Positions 1 to 9,812 of a stretch of 64,000 nt of DNA are shown here, piece by piece. Source of the stretch: a virus (taxonomy: Duplodnaviria; Caudoviricetes); IMG/VR virus record IMGVR_UViG_2595698952_000001, positions 179,051 to 243,050 of that record, one strand, 5' to 3'. A program made the position numbers and the translations under genes. Position 1 is the first letter of the stretch. Each line of letters begins with the position of its first letter. The notes below the pieces were generated by a model. That model saw only the letters and a program-made list of their open reading frames with translations. It did not search any database and was not told the DNA's origin.

Positions 1-2
1 AG

Positions 3-1295
3 ATTATTATCTCTCAGTTCCGTACCGACATCGTGCCGCTCGGTAAGTCTTTCTCGGATGTGAAGCTGAAAGATGAAGACACCAATAAAGCTGAGCCATG
101 GGAGAAGCAGGACAAATACAAAGAGCTGATTCGCTCTGCGGTGTATCTGCAAAAGACCATTGGCCACTACGCGTGTCTGATTCGTAATGTGCTGACCACC
201 AAGAACCTGCCAATCAACATTGCCAGGATGCCTGACGTGGTGCGTAGCGTAGGTGTGGTATCGGACACCGACTCCACGATGATGACTGCGCAGTGGTGGG
301 CACAGTGGTACACCGGACAACACTATGGTCGTGAGGCAACCCGTGTTTCCGATGCGATGATTTACCTGGCCACTCAACACTTGCGTCATTTGATGGCAAG
401 TATGTCAGTAAACATCGGTGTAGCAAAAGAGCGTCTGTTCCTGTACGCAATGAAGAACGAGTACAAGTTCGACTCCTTTGCCCTGACCACCAAAGCCAAG
501 CATTACTTCTCCATTATTACCGGACAGGAAGGCCAGCTGAAGAAAGACCCAGAGCTAGAAGTGAAGGGGGTTTCTCTGCGCACGTCGAACATTCCACCGG
601 TTATCATGAAAGAGTTCAAGCGTACCATCAAACAACTCTGTGAGATTGTTGCACGCGGCGACAAAATCGAAATCATTCCTCTGCTGGAGAAGGTCGCAGG
701 GATCGAGCACACCGTGGCGAATTCTATCCGCAGCGGTAACGCCGGTTACTTGAAAACCACCAACATCAAGGAACGTACCGCGTATAACGAGAACGACGAG
801 AAGAACTACCACTACCACCGTTTCTACAACGAAGTGTTCGGGCCGAAGTTTGGTCATATCGGTGAACCTCCGTACGACGGTGTGAAGTTGCCGGTTAGCT
901 TGCAGACTAAAACTGCGGTTAAGGAGTGGTTAGAGTCCATTAAAGATCCGATGATTAAAGCCTCTGCAACCCAGTGGTTTGAATCCACCAACTTCCGTAC
1001 TTACCGTACGCTGATTCTGCCAGAACACCTGGTAGAGAACTACGGGATTCCACAGGAGCTGATTGACATCGCGGATATTCGCCGTACTGCGTTTGCCACG
1101 GTTGAACCGTACTACCACATCCTGGAATGTCTGGGTGTGTTTATGATGGACAAGAACCGCACTCGACTGCTGTCAGATTACTACGGCGAATCGCTGGATG
1201 CGGAACTGGCCGAAGCCTTAGCCGAGGTCACGTATGTTCGTAACGATGAGCGTGAAGACGAGGATGAAGATGAAGAAGAAGGCGGTGAGGAATAA
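3..1295 (+). CDS. Family B DNA polymerase, C-terminal/catalytic half (phiKZ gp50-like); 5'-truncated by window edge
   Basis: Motif C-like VVSDTDS, followed by MKNE..F, KAKHY and EVKGV..RTS; frame is open back to the window start; acidic C-terminal tail. Confidence 0.85.
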   Translation: MIISQFRTDIVPLGKSFSDVKLKDEDTNKAEPWEKQDKYKELIRSAVYLQKTIGHYACLIRNVLTTKNLPINIARMPDVVRSVGVVSDTDSTMMTAQWWAQWYTGQHYGREATRVSDAMIYLATQHLRHLMASMSVNIGVAKERLFLYAMKNEYKFDSFALTTKAKHYFSIITGQEGQLKKDPELEVKGVSLRTSNIPPVIMKEFKRTIKQLCEIVARGDKIEIIPLLEKVAGIEHTVANSIRSGNAGYLKTTNIKERTAYNENDEKNYHYHRFYNEVFGPKFGHIGEPPYDGVKLPVSLQTKTAVKEWLESIKDPMIKASATQWFESTNFRTYRTLILPEHLVENYGIPQELIDIADIRRTAFATVEPYYHILECLGVFMMDKNRTRLLSDYYGESLDAELAEALAEVTYVRNDEREDEDEDEEEGGEE

Positions 1296-1437
1296 TTTCT
1301 CGCACTTGTACCTAAGCCGTATGCCGCACCTGACCCGCAGAGTTGTTCTGTCACCGCCAGGTGGGTTGCAGCCGTCAATGGATACCGCGGGCTCACCGCG
1401 GTTCTACCACCGGGAGGAGAAAGATGGCTTATCGTAA
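1285..1437 (+). CDS. Possible small hypothetical protein
   Basis: GTG start overlapping the polymerase stop; fills the gap to the next gene; no recognisable motif. Confidence 0.3.
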   Translation: MRNNFSHLYLSRMPHLTRRVVLSPPGGLQPSMDTAGSPRFYHREEKDGLS

Positions 1438-1615
1438 TCCCTCCATCGCCAGCGCAGCCATCAGCGAAATCCGCAAAGAACTGGAAGAACGCGGCTGCAC
1501 CGATATCGTTCTGCATCGCGGTGGTGAGTTTGTACACATCACCGCCAAGCACCCGAAAAAGAATCGGGAGATAAATGTTTACGCCCAGCCGTACCTGGCA
1601 CAGGAGAATAAATGA
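1424..1615 (+). CDS. Small hypothetical protein (63 aa)
   Basis: ATG at 1424 preceded by GGAGGAG; stop overlaps the next start. Confidence 0.7.
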   Translation: MAYRNPSIASAAISEIRKELEERGCTDIVLHRGGEFVHITAKHPKKNREINVYAQPYLAQENK

Positions 1616-2073
1616 AAGAGGAAGAGAGTCGGTTCACGCCGATCCCGGATTACCGGGTACCGCTGGGCCTGGTTATTGAACAGCGTGACGGTAAGGGTAC
1701 CGCAGTTACTGTTACTTACCACCCTAACTCGCGCATCGGTCGTCAACTGTTAAAAGAAATGGAGTACCGCTATGTGGCGGTACTTGACCGTGATGAAACC
1801 GGCGTCCCGGAATACAGTGACTGCTACTTCATGAAAGAGCAGGCAATTGTTGAGATGTTGAATGCGCTGCCGTGGCTGCGTAATCAGTATCAGGTCATTG
1901 ATGGTTGGGTTGGGCCAGAGGTGCACGGGCCGAATGCGATTGTCGATATGGACTTTATGGTTATCGACAAGCTCGAGCGTACGCATCTGCATCGCTACAC
2001 CGATGAGAACGTTTCGAAGATTTGTAACGATCTCGGGGTGCAGTTCTACCAGAGCAAAAAAAGAAAGGAATAA
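1612..2073 (+). CDS. Hypothetical protein
   Basis: 153-aa ORF with AGGAG RBS, coupled to the upstream gene. Confidence 0.75.
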   Translation: MKEEESRFTPIPDYRVPLGLVIEQRDGKGTAVTVTYHPNSRIGRQLLKEMEYRYVAVLDRDETGVPEYSDCYFMKEQAIVEMLNALPWLRNQYQVIDGWVGPEVHGPNAIVDMDFMVIDKLERTHLHRYTDENVSKICNDLGVQFYQSKKRKE

Positions 2074-2100
2074 CTCTACACCGAAGTGTAGAGTTATTTA
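2071..2100. terminator. Hairpin between convergent genes
   Basis: TAACTCTACAC-CGAA-GTGTAGAGTTA inverted repeat. Confidence 0.55.
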
Positions 2101-2149
2101 CCTATTATATGGGAGATTCGAAAGAATCTTTGGCAGGAGAGAGTAAGTC

Positions 2150-3211
2150 TCAATTTTCGAGAGCTGCGTACAACGGTTTTATCAGGTTCAGTTGCAGATA
2201 CGTTTGCACTGACTTGGTTTGACGTTGTAACACTTTCGAATCCTCAAAGCGGGCGATGTCGATGTTCAAGTTCGATTTGAATTTGTCCATCGAAGGGTTG
2301 TCGTATTGCAGTACATACAACGCCCAGTACCAGTTAATGATGTTCTGGTGCCAACTGGCTTGTGTCGTCGAACCGGAATACCGGTGCTGCACACGGTCTA
2401 CCGCTGTAGAGGGGTCGAGAGGGTTCTCAAAGAATTGGGGGACGTGGGCTAATACCGTACCGGGGTGCGGTGTGCCTGCGAGAAGACTTTTGTGTATGTT
2501 CCGCGCGTGCCTAACCGTGAGGTCGTGCAATGGCGGAACGTTAACAACGCGCATCGGCAGGTCATCTTCCATCTCTTTATTAAACGCTACTGCCCGATGG
2601 ACATTCAGAAATGCGATGTCCATGTAGCTTGGCAACATGCGAGTAATCACATGACGCTGAGCATAAACCACGCTGGTCATCTGTTCCGTTGACTTTCGGT
2701 AATGCTGTTCCGCAAGAACGTATTGCCAAAGCAAGGCGACCAGGTTAATTTCAATGATTGCTACGCCCCGAGGTCGGTTATCGCCGAATTGCCAATTCAA
2801 ATTGGTATACTCGTGGTAGAGATAGACTGCGGGGGTGTAATCGCGAAATGGCAGATCCGGATCAACCGGACGAGCGACGAGAGAGATTATCTCATCTTGT
2901 CCCTCTATAAAGGCACCGTTATACACTTGCCCAAAGTTGCCGGGCGAAATGAGACGTAGTGCATTCCCTATATCGGACAGTTTGCGACGGCAGGCCCATT
3001 CGATATCAAGGTATTCAGGTTCAGCTGCATAGCCGATACTGGATAGGATTTTCAAGATGAGGTGACCGGATCCCACACGCGTCTGCACCGATTCGAGGAA
3101 GTTACGAATGCGCTGTTGATTATTTTTTACGGCAGCAACCAATTGTATAGCGGAAGGGTCCGCGACGTGACCCTTTATGGCCACTTGGTTTAACTCGGCT
3201 TGACTGAACAT
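2150..3211 (-). CDS. Conserved hypothetical protein divergent from chimallin
   Basis: Long ORF; ATG at 3211 preceded by AAAGGAG; syntenic position upstream of chimallin. Confidence 0.75.
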   Translation of the reverse strand: MFSQAELNQVAIKGHVADPSAIQLVAAVKNNQQRIRNFLESVQTRVGSGHLILKILSSIGYAAEPEYLDIEWACRRKLSDIGNALRLISPGNFGQVYNGAFIEGQDEIISLVARPVDPDLPFRDYTPAVYLYHEYTNLNWQFGDNRPRGVAIIEINLVALLWQYVLAEQHYRKSTEQMTSVVYAQRHVITRMLPSYMDIAFLNVHRAVAFNKEMEDDLPMRVVNVPPLHDLTVRHARNIHKSLLAGTPHPGTVLAHVPQFFENPLDPSTAVDRVQHRYSGSTTQASWHQNIINWYWALYVLQYDNPSMDKFKSNLNIDIARFEDSKVLQRQTKSVQTYLQLNLIKPLYAALEN

Positions 3212-3262
3212 GACGGGCTCCTTTGGTTCCACATAGGAATTGGTCACAGTCAAAAAAATTAC

Positions 3263-3367
3263 AGATTGATATTATCATAGTGAGAGTTCTGGTCTTCTGT
3301 CTGGTATATGTTATTGCAATAAGCGACGGCTTACCTGTATTCCATATATTCTCAGGCAGATATTATT
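3263..3367 (+). promoter_or_regulatory. Two copies of the phage promoter-like motif upstream of chimallin
   Basis: AGATTGATATTATC (3263-3276) and AGGCAGATATTATT (3354-3367) match the motif repeated elsewhere in the window. Confidence 0.55.
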
Positions 3368-3417
3368 ACTGTGAACTTCACTACGATTGATATAAAACCA
3401 CTTAAGGAATATTTACC

Positions 3418-5274
3418 ATGGTAAAAGTAGTAGACACCAACGCAAACAACGCTTCTCAGAATGCTAACCTGAACACTGAAACTCAGGCACCTCTGGGCGG
3501 TAATGCATCTCAGCCTTCTGCTGCGGCAGCGGCTGCAAGCTCTCTCGGTAACGTGGGTCTGTTCGACCGTGCGTTCGGCTGGCAGAGCACCAACTCTTAC
3601 GCTTCCGCTTACGTTGCTCAACTCGAGGAACTGGCGAAAGAAAACTCCTACCTGCGTGGCTTCAAATGGGGCATCGTTGACGGCGTCGGCGCGGACATGG
3701 GTTCTGCGGCTTACATCGCTGGCGATTACAACGGTCACTGGCTGTACGGTATTCTGTTCTTCGAACGCGGTCAGTCTCTGCGTCTGAAAGAAACTACCGG
3801 TGGTGCTGAGTCTTACTACACCATCACTGAGCTGCTGGATACTGAGTTCCTGAAAACTGTATCCAAAACTATCCAGGCTACGCATCAGCTGCCTAACGCA
3901 CACTTCATGGCGGTGAACTCCGTACCTGACCTCGGCAAGCAGCTGAGCAAAGAGTGGGCGCAGCAGTTGACTGGTCAGCTGGCGCTGGGTATCTTCGGTC
4001 GTATCCAGGGCTTCCTGGGCCAGATGCAGCTGAGCAAATCCGATCGCTTCACCGCGCAGGTCTTCCAGCTGGACGATGGTTCTGTACTGGACGGCAACGG
4101 CCACGCACAACGTGCTGACTTCGGTGTGACCCTGGAACACGTTCCGGCAACCAGCGATAACAGCACCCCGACTCTGATGGACAACAGTCAGGCGCAGATG
4201 TATCCGCGTGTTCACGGTGTTGGCTATGTCAACATGCGTTTCACCGGCCAGAAACCTGCGGTTAACGGCGTGCCAGATCTCAAGCAGCTTCAGGCGGAAA
4301 TCGTCGTGTCGCTGATGGACTCTCAGGCCGAAGGTTCTCGCGTTCCGATGGAACGTCAGATTCTGGAACTGGCAGCGTTCGCAGAAATCGCCTCTATCGG
4401 CGGCTGGCGCGACCTGTTCATGAAAGGTCTGAACGGTACCGATCGTAAATGGTCTCGTGTGGTTGAATACCTGAACTGGGGTACCGACCAGCGTCCGGAC
4501 ATCTCCAAAATCGACAAGAGCCGCGAAGCGATTGAAGGTTGCCTGGATATGTTTGCACCGCGTGAAGCAGCGCTGGTTGTCAGCCATCGTGCCGGTAACG
4601 GTATCGGCGGTCTGTCTACCATCCTGTCTGAAATTGCCGGTAATTCCGATATCGCACTGAAACAGCTCCTCACCATTCTGAACGGCATGACCCCGCGTGC
4701 CAAGAAGTCTAACGACGAGCTGATCGGTACCACCGGTACTAAGAACTTCACTCAGCGCTTTGCCGCCGCACTTGGCAAAGATACCATCACCTGTGCTGAC
4801 GTCGTGAAAGCTGCCGTACCTACCGTATCCGGTGTGTACACTGGTAACACCCAGAAACGTAGCTTCCAGGACATGGACCTGGTGTCTGTGCTGACTAAGT
4901 TCGGCGACAACCAAACTGATGTGTACACTTACCTGCACGCTCAGTCCTACTCCCACCGTGAACTGAACGCCCGTGCTCAGCGTATCTACATGCTGAAACT
5001 GGCTGCGGTTCTGTTCGGTGCTAAAGATGCGCGCATCACCGGCGAATCTCTGGACATGGCTGTGAACCCGGTATTCGCGAAATGCGTACTGGACTTCGTG
5101 CGTGAGAACTGCAACTGGCAGCTGACTGGCGTATCTGCGCACAACAGCATCGCTAACTCCCTGTTCTTCAACAACGGCGGTGAGAACTTCACCCTGTCTG
5201 GAACTGGTAGCAGCGCGCAGGGTTCTGACTTCTCTCTGGGTGTATCAATCGGTAGCCTTGACCTGGGCCTGTAA
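3418..5274 (+). CDS. chmA: Chimallin / phage nuclear shell protein (phiKZ gp54-like)
   Basis: 618 aa; low-complexity N-terminus; strong high-expression codon bias; lies immediately upstream of the nvRNAP beta' gene as in Chimalliviridae. Confidence 0.8.
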   Translation: MVKVVDTNANNASQNANLNTETQAPLGGNASQPSAAAAAASSLGNVGLFDRAFGWQSTNSYASAYVAQLEELAKENSYLRGFKWGIVDGVGADMGSAAYIAGDYNGHWLYGILFFERGQSLRLKETTGGAESYYTITELLDTEFLKTVSKTIQATHQLPNAHFMAVNSVPDLGKQLSKEWAQQLTGQLALGIFGRIQGFLGQMQLSKSDRFTAQVFQLDDGSVLDGNGHAQRADFGVTLEHVPATSDNSTPTLMDNSQAQMYPRVHGVGYVNMRFTGQKPAVNGVPDLKQLQAEIVVSLMDSQAEGSRVPMERQILELAAFAEIASIGGWRDLFMKGLNGTDRKWSRVVEYLNWGTDQRPDISKIDKSREAIEGCLDMFAPREAALVVSHRAGNGIGGLSTILSEIAGNSDIALKQLLTILNGMTPRAKKSNDELIGTTGTKNFTQRFAAALGKDTITCADVVKAAVPTVSGVYTGNTQKRSFQDMDLVSVLTKFGDNQTDVYTYLHAQSYSHRELNARAQRIYMLKLAAVLFGAKDARITGESLDMAVNPVFAKCVLDFVRENCNWQLTGVSAHNSIANSLFFNNGGENFTLSGTGSSAQGSDFSLGVSIGSLDLGL

Positions 5275-5306
5275 GTCCCGGTTAAGTTGGTTGTAGTAAG
5301 TTAGGT

Positions 5307-5347
5307 AGGGACAGGGGCTAACGCCTCTGTCCCTTCTCTCTTTTTTT
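5307..5347 (+). terminator. Rho-independent terminator
   Basis: AGGGACAGGGGC-TAAC-GCCTCTGTCCCT followed by a pyrimidine/T tract. Confidence 0.75.
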
Positions 5348-5361
5348 GTTGAGGTTGCAGA

Positions 5362-6963
5362 GTGGAAAAGGCACCGAAGTATTACGGCGTATCAGGCCGA
5401 TTGATTAACCATGACGGGTATTTGCGTGACCTCTATATCGAGGCAGCTGCAAAAGGCATTAAACCGCCAACCGTTATCAACGACGTTGCCAAGAACGGAG
5501 ATGCAATTGAAACAGCCGAGCTTATCGATCAGATAATTCAGAACCGAATCGTCGACGAAGAACTGAACTCGGCACCCATCTGTAGTCTGACCTGCGAGAA
5601 ACCGATTGCACACCGACCGAATCTGGGTCGTAAGTGTCCAACCTGTGGTTACGTGGTAACAGAGCACCGTATCGAATCTGAAGTCTGGGTTCGTGCACCG
5701 GATGAGATGGGTAATTTTATCAACCCGCGTTTCTGGGGTTTATTTAATGCCTTCTTTGGCAGCAAGTTCAAGAAGTTTGACCGCAACAAAGTGACCGTTG
5801 AGCGTGGTTCGGATTTGATGATGTGGATTATCGATCCCTATTATCGTCCGGATGAAGCCGATGGTAAACGTGCGCACGTAGTGAAACGTATCTTAGAGGA
5901 ACACCGCTTTGAACGTGGACTGCGGAACTTCATCGACCACCACAAAACAATCTTCGCCATCCTGACCAGCAGCGATGCCTGGCGGGAAATCTATCCACCC
6001 ACGCGTCACAATGCAGCAGCCTCTGAGTTGTTACGTTCTCAATGGCAGCACTTCTTTGAGACACAGGCGCACGCGTTCTTCCCAACGCACCTTCCGCTGT
6101 TATCACCAAAGCTGATTGTGACGGAAGAAGGACGTCGCGGTGTGATGATAGATCCGGTCTTTACCGGGGCAATTGATGCGGTGAAAAATATCGCATTGTT
6201 GTATACTCGCAGTAAACCGATTGAGTCCCGCTTCCTAATCAGTCGCGCAATCAAGGCCAATCGGCAGTTGGCGTACTTCTATATCGATTACCGTCGTGAA
6301 ACGATGGAAGGTAAGCCTGGACACTATCGCGCGAAAATAGGGTCAACCTATATTCCGTTTGGTGGCCGTGCAACCATTTCACCGATCTCGGAACCGCACG
6401 ATGCCTGGAAGCTAAAAGCTCCGTGGCGTTGGGCAGTGGGTCTGATGTCTGTGGATATCGAGAACAAGTTGCTACGCCGGGGGTACAGTCCTCGCCAGTG
6501 CGAACGCATCGTCGCGAAAGCGTGTATGCAGTATATGCCACTGGTGCACGAAATCTTCAAAGAGCTGATAGCGGAAACGCCTGGTGGTTTGGGGATTATG
6601 GTAGAGCCACTGCGTAACCCAACGTTGGTACAGTTGTCCGTACAGACGTTGTACATCGATGAGATTGTCACCGATGTGAACCAGTGTTCTCTGCGCATCT
6701 CTGACCGTGTGATTAAGATGGCGAACGGTGACTTCGATGGCGACCAATTCCAGGTACGTCGTCCAGTTGACCAGCGTGAAATGGAGCTGGCCTTGGCATA
6801 CCGTCCGGATAACGGCTTTATGTCCAGCACCGATGTAGACCGTGTCGAACATGGCATGATTTTACATAACGAGCTTATCAGTATGCAGAACCAGTTCCTC
6901 ATTGAGGCAGATGAGGATGCAGAGATGGGACTGTCGATAGAAGAGATACTTGCACAGGAGTAA
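5362..6963 (+). CDS. Non-virion RNA polymerase beta' N-terminal subunit (phiKZ gp55/56.1-like)
   Basis: Catalytic NGDFDGDQ motif, RNPTL motif, GRATISP, N-terminal Zn-finger cysteines (C...C..CPTC). Confidence 0.9.
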   Translation: MEKAPKYYGVSGRLINHDGYLRDLYIEAAAKGIKPPTVINDVAKNGDAIETAELIDQIIQNRIVDEELNSAPICSLTCEKPIAHRPNLGRKCPTCGYVVTEHRIESEVWVRAPDEMGNFINPRFWGLFNAFFGSKFKKFDRNKVTVERGSDLMMWIIDPYYRPDEADGKRAHVVKRILEEHRFERGLRNFIDHHKTIFAILTSSDAWREIYPPTRHNAAASELLRSQWQHFFETQAHAFFPTHLPLLSPKLIVTEEGRRGVMIDPVFTGAIDAVKNIALLYTRSKPIESRFLISRAIKANRQLAYFYIDYRRETMEGKPGHYRAKIGSTYIPFGGRATISPISEPHDAWKLKAPWRWAVGLMSVDIENKLLRRGYSPRQCERIVAKACMQYMPLVHEIFKELIAETPGGLGIMVEPLRNPTLVQLSVQTLYIDEIVTDVNQCSLRISDRVIKMANGDFDGDQFQVRRPVDQREMELALAYRPDNGFMSSTDVDRVEHGMILHNELISMQNQFLIEADEDAEMGLSIEEILAQE

Positions 6964-6966
6964 TGA

Positions 6967-7557
6967 ATGGCAGGCATGTGGTTGCAAGGTAGTACCGTCT
7001 GGGGCAGACAGTCGGAAGGTTCCGGAATGTTTGATACATTCAAAGAGAATTTCTCTCTTGATGGAATCGCGGCGGATATGCTCGACAGCGTGAAGAAACA
7101 CACCACGGAGTTAATCTCCCTGGAGCGCTGGCGCGAGACGTTTACTGCTGCCCGTAAGTTGCGTTATAACGACGTGACAGACGTGGTACGTCAGCTTGAT
7201 GAGCTGGGCGACTTCCAGTTCGCTAATGAAGCGTTGCAGCCTTTCCTCGTCGCTATGCCTGAGTATCGTAAGCTGTATAACGAGAAGATGGCCACTGGTT
7301 ATGAGAACGGGTATTCACAAATCGATGCGTTCCGCGGTAATGCATACATGCACACCGACGACAACTATCGTGAAGTGACCTCCGGTATGAGTACAGGATA
7401 CGATGACGAGAAGATTTGGATTTGGGCGTCCAATGAAAATCGTGCAAACCGTCTGTCCAGTATTCAGAAGGTGGAAATGCAAATCAACTGGACACGTATG
7501 CGTGACTTCGACTGGGAAGATGGTGATCCCTGTTCGGAACTCGGCGCTACGTGCTAA
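6967..7557 (+). CDS. Conserved hypothetical protein
   Basis: 196-aa ORF directly after the nvRNAP beta' gene. Confidence 0.75.
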   Translation: MAGMWLQGSTVWGRQSEGSGMFDTFKENFSLDGIAADMLDSVKKHTTELISLERWRETFTAARKLRYNDVTDVVRQLDELGDFQFANEALQPFLVAMPEYRKLYNEKMATGYENGYSQIDAFRGNAYMHTDDNYREVTSGMSTGYDDEKIWIWASNENRANRLSSIQKVEMQINWTRMRDFDWEDGDPCSELGATC

Positions 7558-7558
7558 G

Positions 7559-7588
7559 AAAGAAGGGGCTTCGGCCTCTTCTTTTTTT
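7559..7588 (+). terminator. Rho-independent terminator
   Basis: AGAAGGGGC-TTCG-GCCTCTTCT plus T tract. Confidence 0.75.
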
Positions 7589-7604
7589 CTAAGAGGAAAA
7601 GAAG

Positions 7605-7991
7605 ATGCCGATAGCAGTAGGAACTCTGTCAACCCGTGGGTGGGCGAGAACCGCGAAAGAGCAGATTCGTGAACTGATGAATCATTACACTGAGGCAGGC
7701 TTTAGCCAGTCGCAGATTTATCAGGGTAACGTAAAATCGCTGGCGAAAGCCATGCAGGTCTTCTCGCAAGATCCCGATGGGTTGGCGAACCGTGTCAAAT
7801 CCGATCTCGAAAGCTTGTACGGGAATGTGTTCCCCGAAGGCGTTGAGGTCACCACGTCCTGGGAGTATGCTCAGGATTCCGACGTTCGTTACCGCATTAA
7901 CATTTCACTGCGGGTAATGAAGAACGGTGAGTGGATTGATACGGAGCGTTATGTGGAAACAGAATCAAGCACGGTTGAGGATGAGTCATGA
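7605..7991 (+). CDS. Hypothetical protein, possibly gp25/GPW-like baseplate sheath-initiator fold
   Basis: 128 aa; helix (LANRVKSDLESLY..FPE) followed by beta strands (VEVTT..YRINISLRV), a gp25-like pattern; fold is inferred. Confidence 0.6.
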   Translation: MPIAVGTLSTRGWARTAKEQIRELMNHYTEAGFSQSQIYQGNVKSLAKAMQVFSQDPDGLANRVKSDLESLYGNVFPEGVEVTTSWEYAQDSDVRYRINISLRVMKNGEWIDTERYVETESSTVEDES

Positions 7992-8680
7992 GTCAGCAAA
8001 TTTTTAATGGTGTCCCGGTAGACGAACTCCACGGTAAGATGAAGTTTGAGTTCGATAAACTGTGCGACTTCGAAAAAGAATTGCTCGGTGGGCAATATGT
8101 GTGCAGTACCTTTACCGAAGCGATGTTTCGCCGACAGGGTCTGCCACTGCTGAGCGGGATGTTGGACAACACGTTTAACGAAGTGGCTTGGGAGAACTAC
8201 GTCGGGAACGCCTTTGTGCCCCTCCAGATTGTATCCGATCTCGACCACTCGCAGCTGCTGTTTACCATTCCCCCGCTGATGAACACTGGTCGCTCGTTGC
8301 AACACATCGAGGGACAGGTGAGCCTGACCGAAGAGACAGAGAACATCCGTTTACAGGCGGATATCATCTCCGAAGTTGGTGAGCAGCAAATGCACCAGAT
8401 GATTGACTCGACGCTCTCGGGCATTGAGCAACTGTCATATCTGGAAAATGCGGTTGCCGCGAAATACAAAATCGACTTACTTAACTGGATATTCCGTCGC
8501 TACCAGCTTAATGGGCAATTGGAATACCCGGATGGTTTGTTAGATGTTGTGGCATTTGCCGAAGGGAAGGGGGTTGCAGCGCCGAGCACCAAGGCTGCTG
8601 TTGCCGCACAACCTACGGCACAACCCGAAGTCAAACAAGTTAAGTCGGGCGGTATCGGCGATGGTGATGACGATTACTAA
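7988..8680 (+). CDS. Conserved hypothetical protein
   Basis: 230-aa ORF with ATGA overlap to the previous gene. Confidence 0.75.
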   Translation: MSQQIFNGVPVDELHGKMKFEFDKLCDFEKELLGGQYVCSTFTEAMFRRQGLPLLSGMLDNTFNEVAWENYVGNAFVPLQIVSDLDHSQLLFTIPPLMNTGRSLQHIEGQVSLTEETENIRLQADIISEVGEQQMHQMIDSTLSGIEQLSYLENAVAAKYKIDLLNWIFRRYQLNGQLEYPDGLLDVVAFAEGKGVAAPSTKAAVAAQPTAQPEVKQVKSGGIGDGDDDY

Positions 8681-9812
8681 TCCACCTCACAAACCTGTGG
8701 GTGTGAAAAGAATCTTCAGTACCGGGGATGTGCACCTGCTGCATAAGCGGGTGCCAACCTGGCACATTGTCATGGTGTTTAAAGAAGCACTGTTGGCATG
8801 TGGAAATACGATTGATGCCCTTTATATAGCCGGGGACTTATTTGATGATTCCCGGCAGTTGCGCCAAGAGGATTCTCACGAAGCCGTGGGATTTCTGACC
8901 TGGTTGCTCAACTGGGCAAAAGAGACAAATACGGCTATCCGTATTGTTGAAGGTACACCGTCCCACGATCACAATCAATCGAAGATCGTCGAGTCACTCA
9001 ATGCAACCATTGGTGCCGATTGTCTGTATCTCGAGAAGATTGGTGTCTTTTACGATGGTGCACTGGAGGCACATGTCGGTTGGGTGCAGGATGAGTACAA
9101 GGCCATTGGCGCACCTGAAATTAATGCCAAATCCACCGAGGCGGAAATGGCAGAGTTGATGGCAACGCGCGGTTTGGAGAAAGTTGATTTCTTCTTCATG
9201 CACGGCTGTTTCCAGTTCCAACTCCCGATAGAGTCCCCCCGTTCGTTTAACGAGGAGTTTTGGGAATCGAGAGTCAATCATTTGATTATCATTCACCACG
9301 ACCACAGAAACAAACGTAAGGGTAAGATTCGTGTCACCGGCAGCCCTGAGAGGCTGGCACAAGGTGAAGAGGAAGACAAGGGTTTCGCCATTGTCGATTT
9401 CACCCCAGAGATTGCACGAGATTATTTCTTGGTCAATCCCCGCGCATGTCCGCAGCGCAAAGTACGGGCACAGGAAGACTATGAAGCGCAATACGCCGAA
9501 TGTCTCTCTGCTTTATCGTATATCGATTCCCATCCGTCCGCTAGTATCGGTCGGTTCGAAGTCGAGTATTACCCCGGCTCTCCACTGGCCGAGCATGTGA
9601 ATCAGTGGAAAAAAGAATATTCGTTCCACGTATCTGGGGAGCGAGTACGAACCTCCGAAGAGGAGGAGTTGTTGGTACAAGGCTTCTCTATCGATGCACC
9701 TGTCGATGAGATTATTACGCAAGACAACGTCGAGCGTATCATGTTGGAAGAGTTGGCACCGTTTAAATACGATGCTGCTATTGTCACCAGCATTATCAGG
9801 AGCGTTGCATGA
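8661..9812 (+). CDS. sbcD: SbcD/Mre11-like metallophosphoesterase nuclease
   Basis: Motifs GDVH, GDLFD, GTPSHD, MHG, HHDH and GSPER. Confidence 0.85.
   Translation: MVMTITNPPHKPVGVKRIFSTGDVHLLHKRVPTWHIVMVFKEALLACGNTIDALYIAGDLFDDSRQLRQEDSHEAVGFLTWLLNWAKETNTAIRIVEGTPSHDHNQSKIVESLNATIGADCLYLEKIGVFYDGALEAHVGWVQDEYKAIGAPEINAKSTEAEMAELMATRGLEKVDFFFMHGCFQFQLPIESPRSFNEEFWESRVNHLIIIHHDHRNKRKGKIRVTGSPERLAQGEEEDKGFAIVDFTPEIARDYFLVNPRACPQRKVRAQEDYEAQYAECLSALSYIDSHPSASIGRFEVEYYPGSPLAEHVNQWKKEYSFHVSGERVRTSEEEELLVQGFSIDAPVDEIITQDNVERIMLEELAPFKYDAAIVTSIIRSVA

Noticed and set aside
3352-5142. 596-aa antisense ORF over chimallin
   Set aside because: Shadow ORF expected from strong codon bias (few TTA/CTA/TCA codons); no RBS or motif, and it fully overlaps a clear gene
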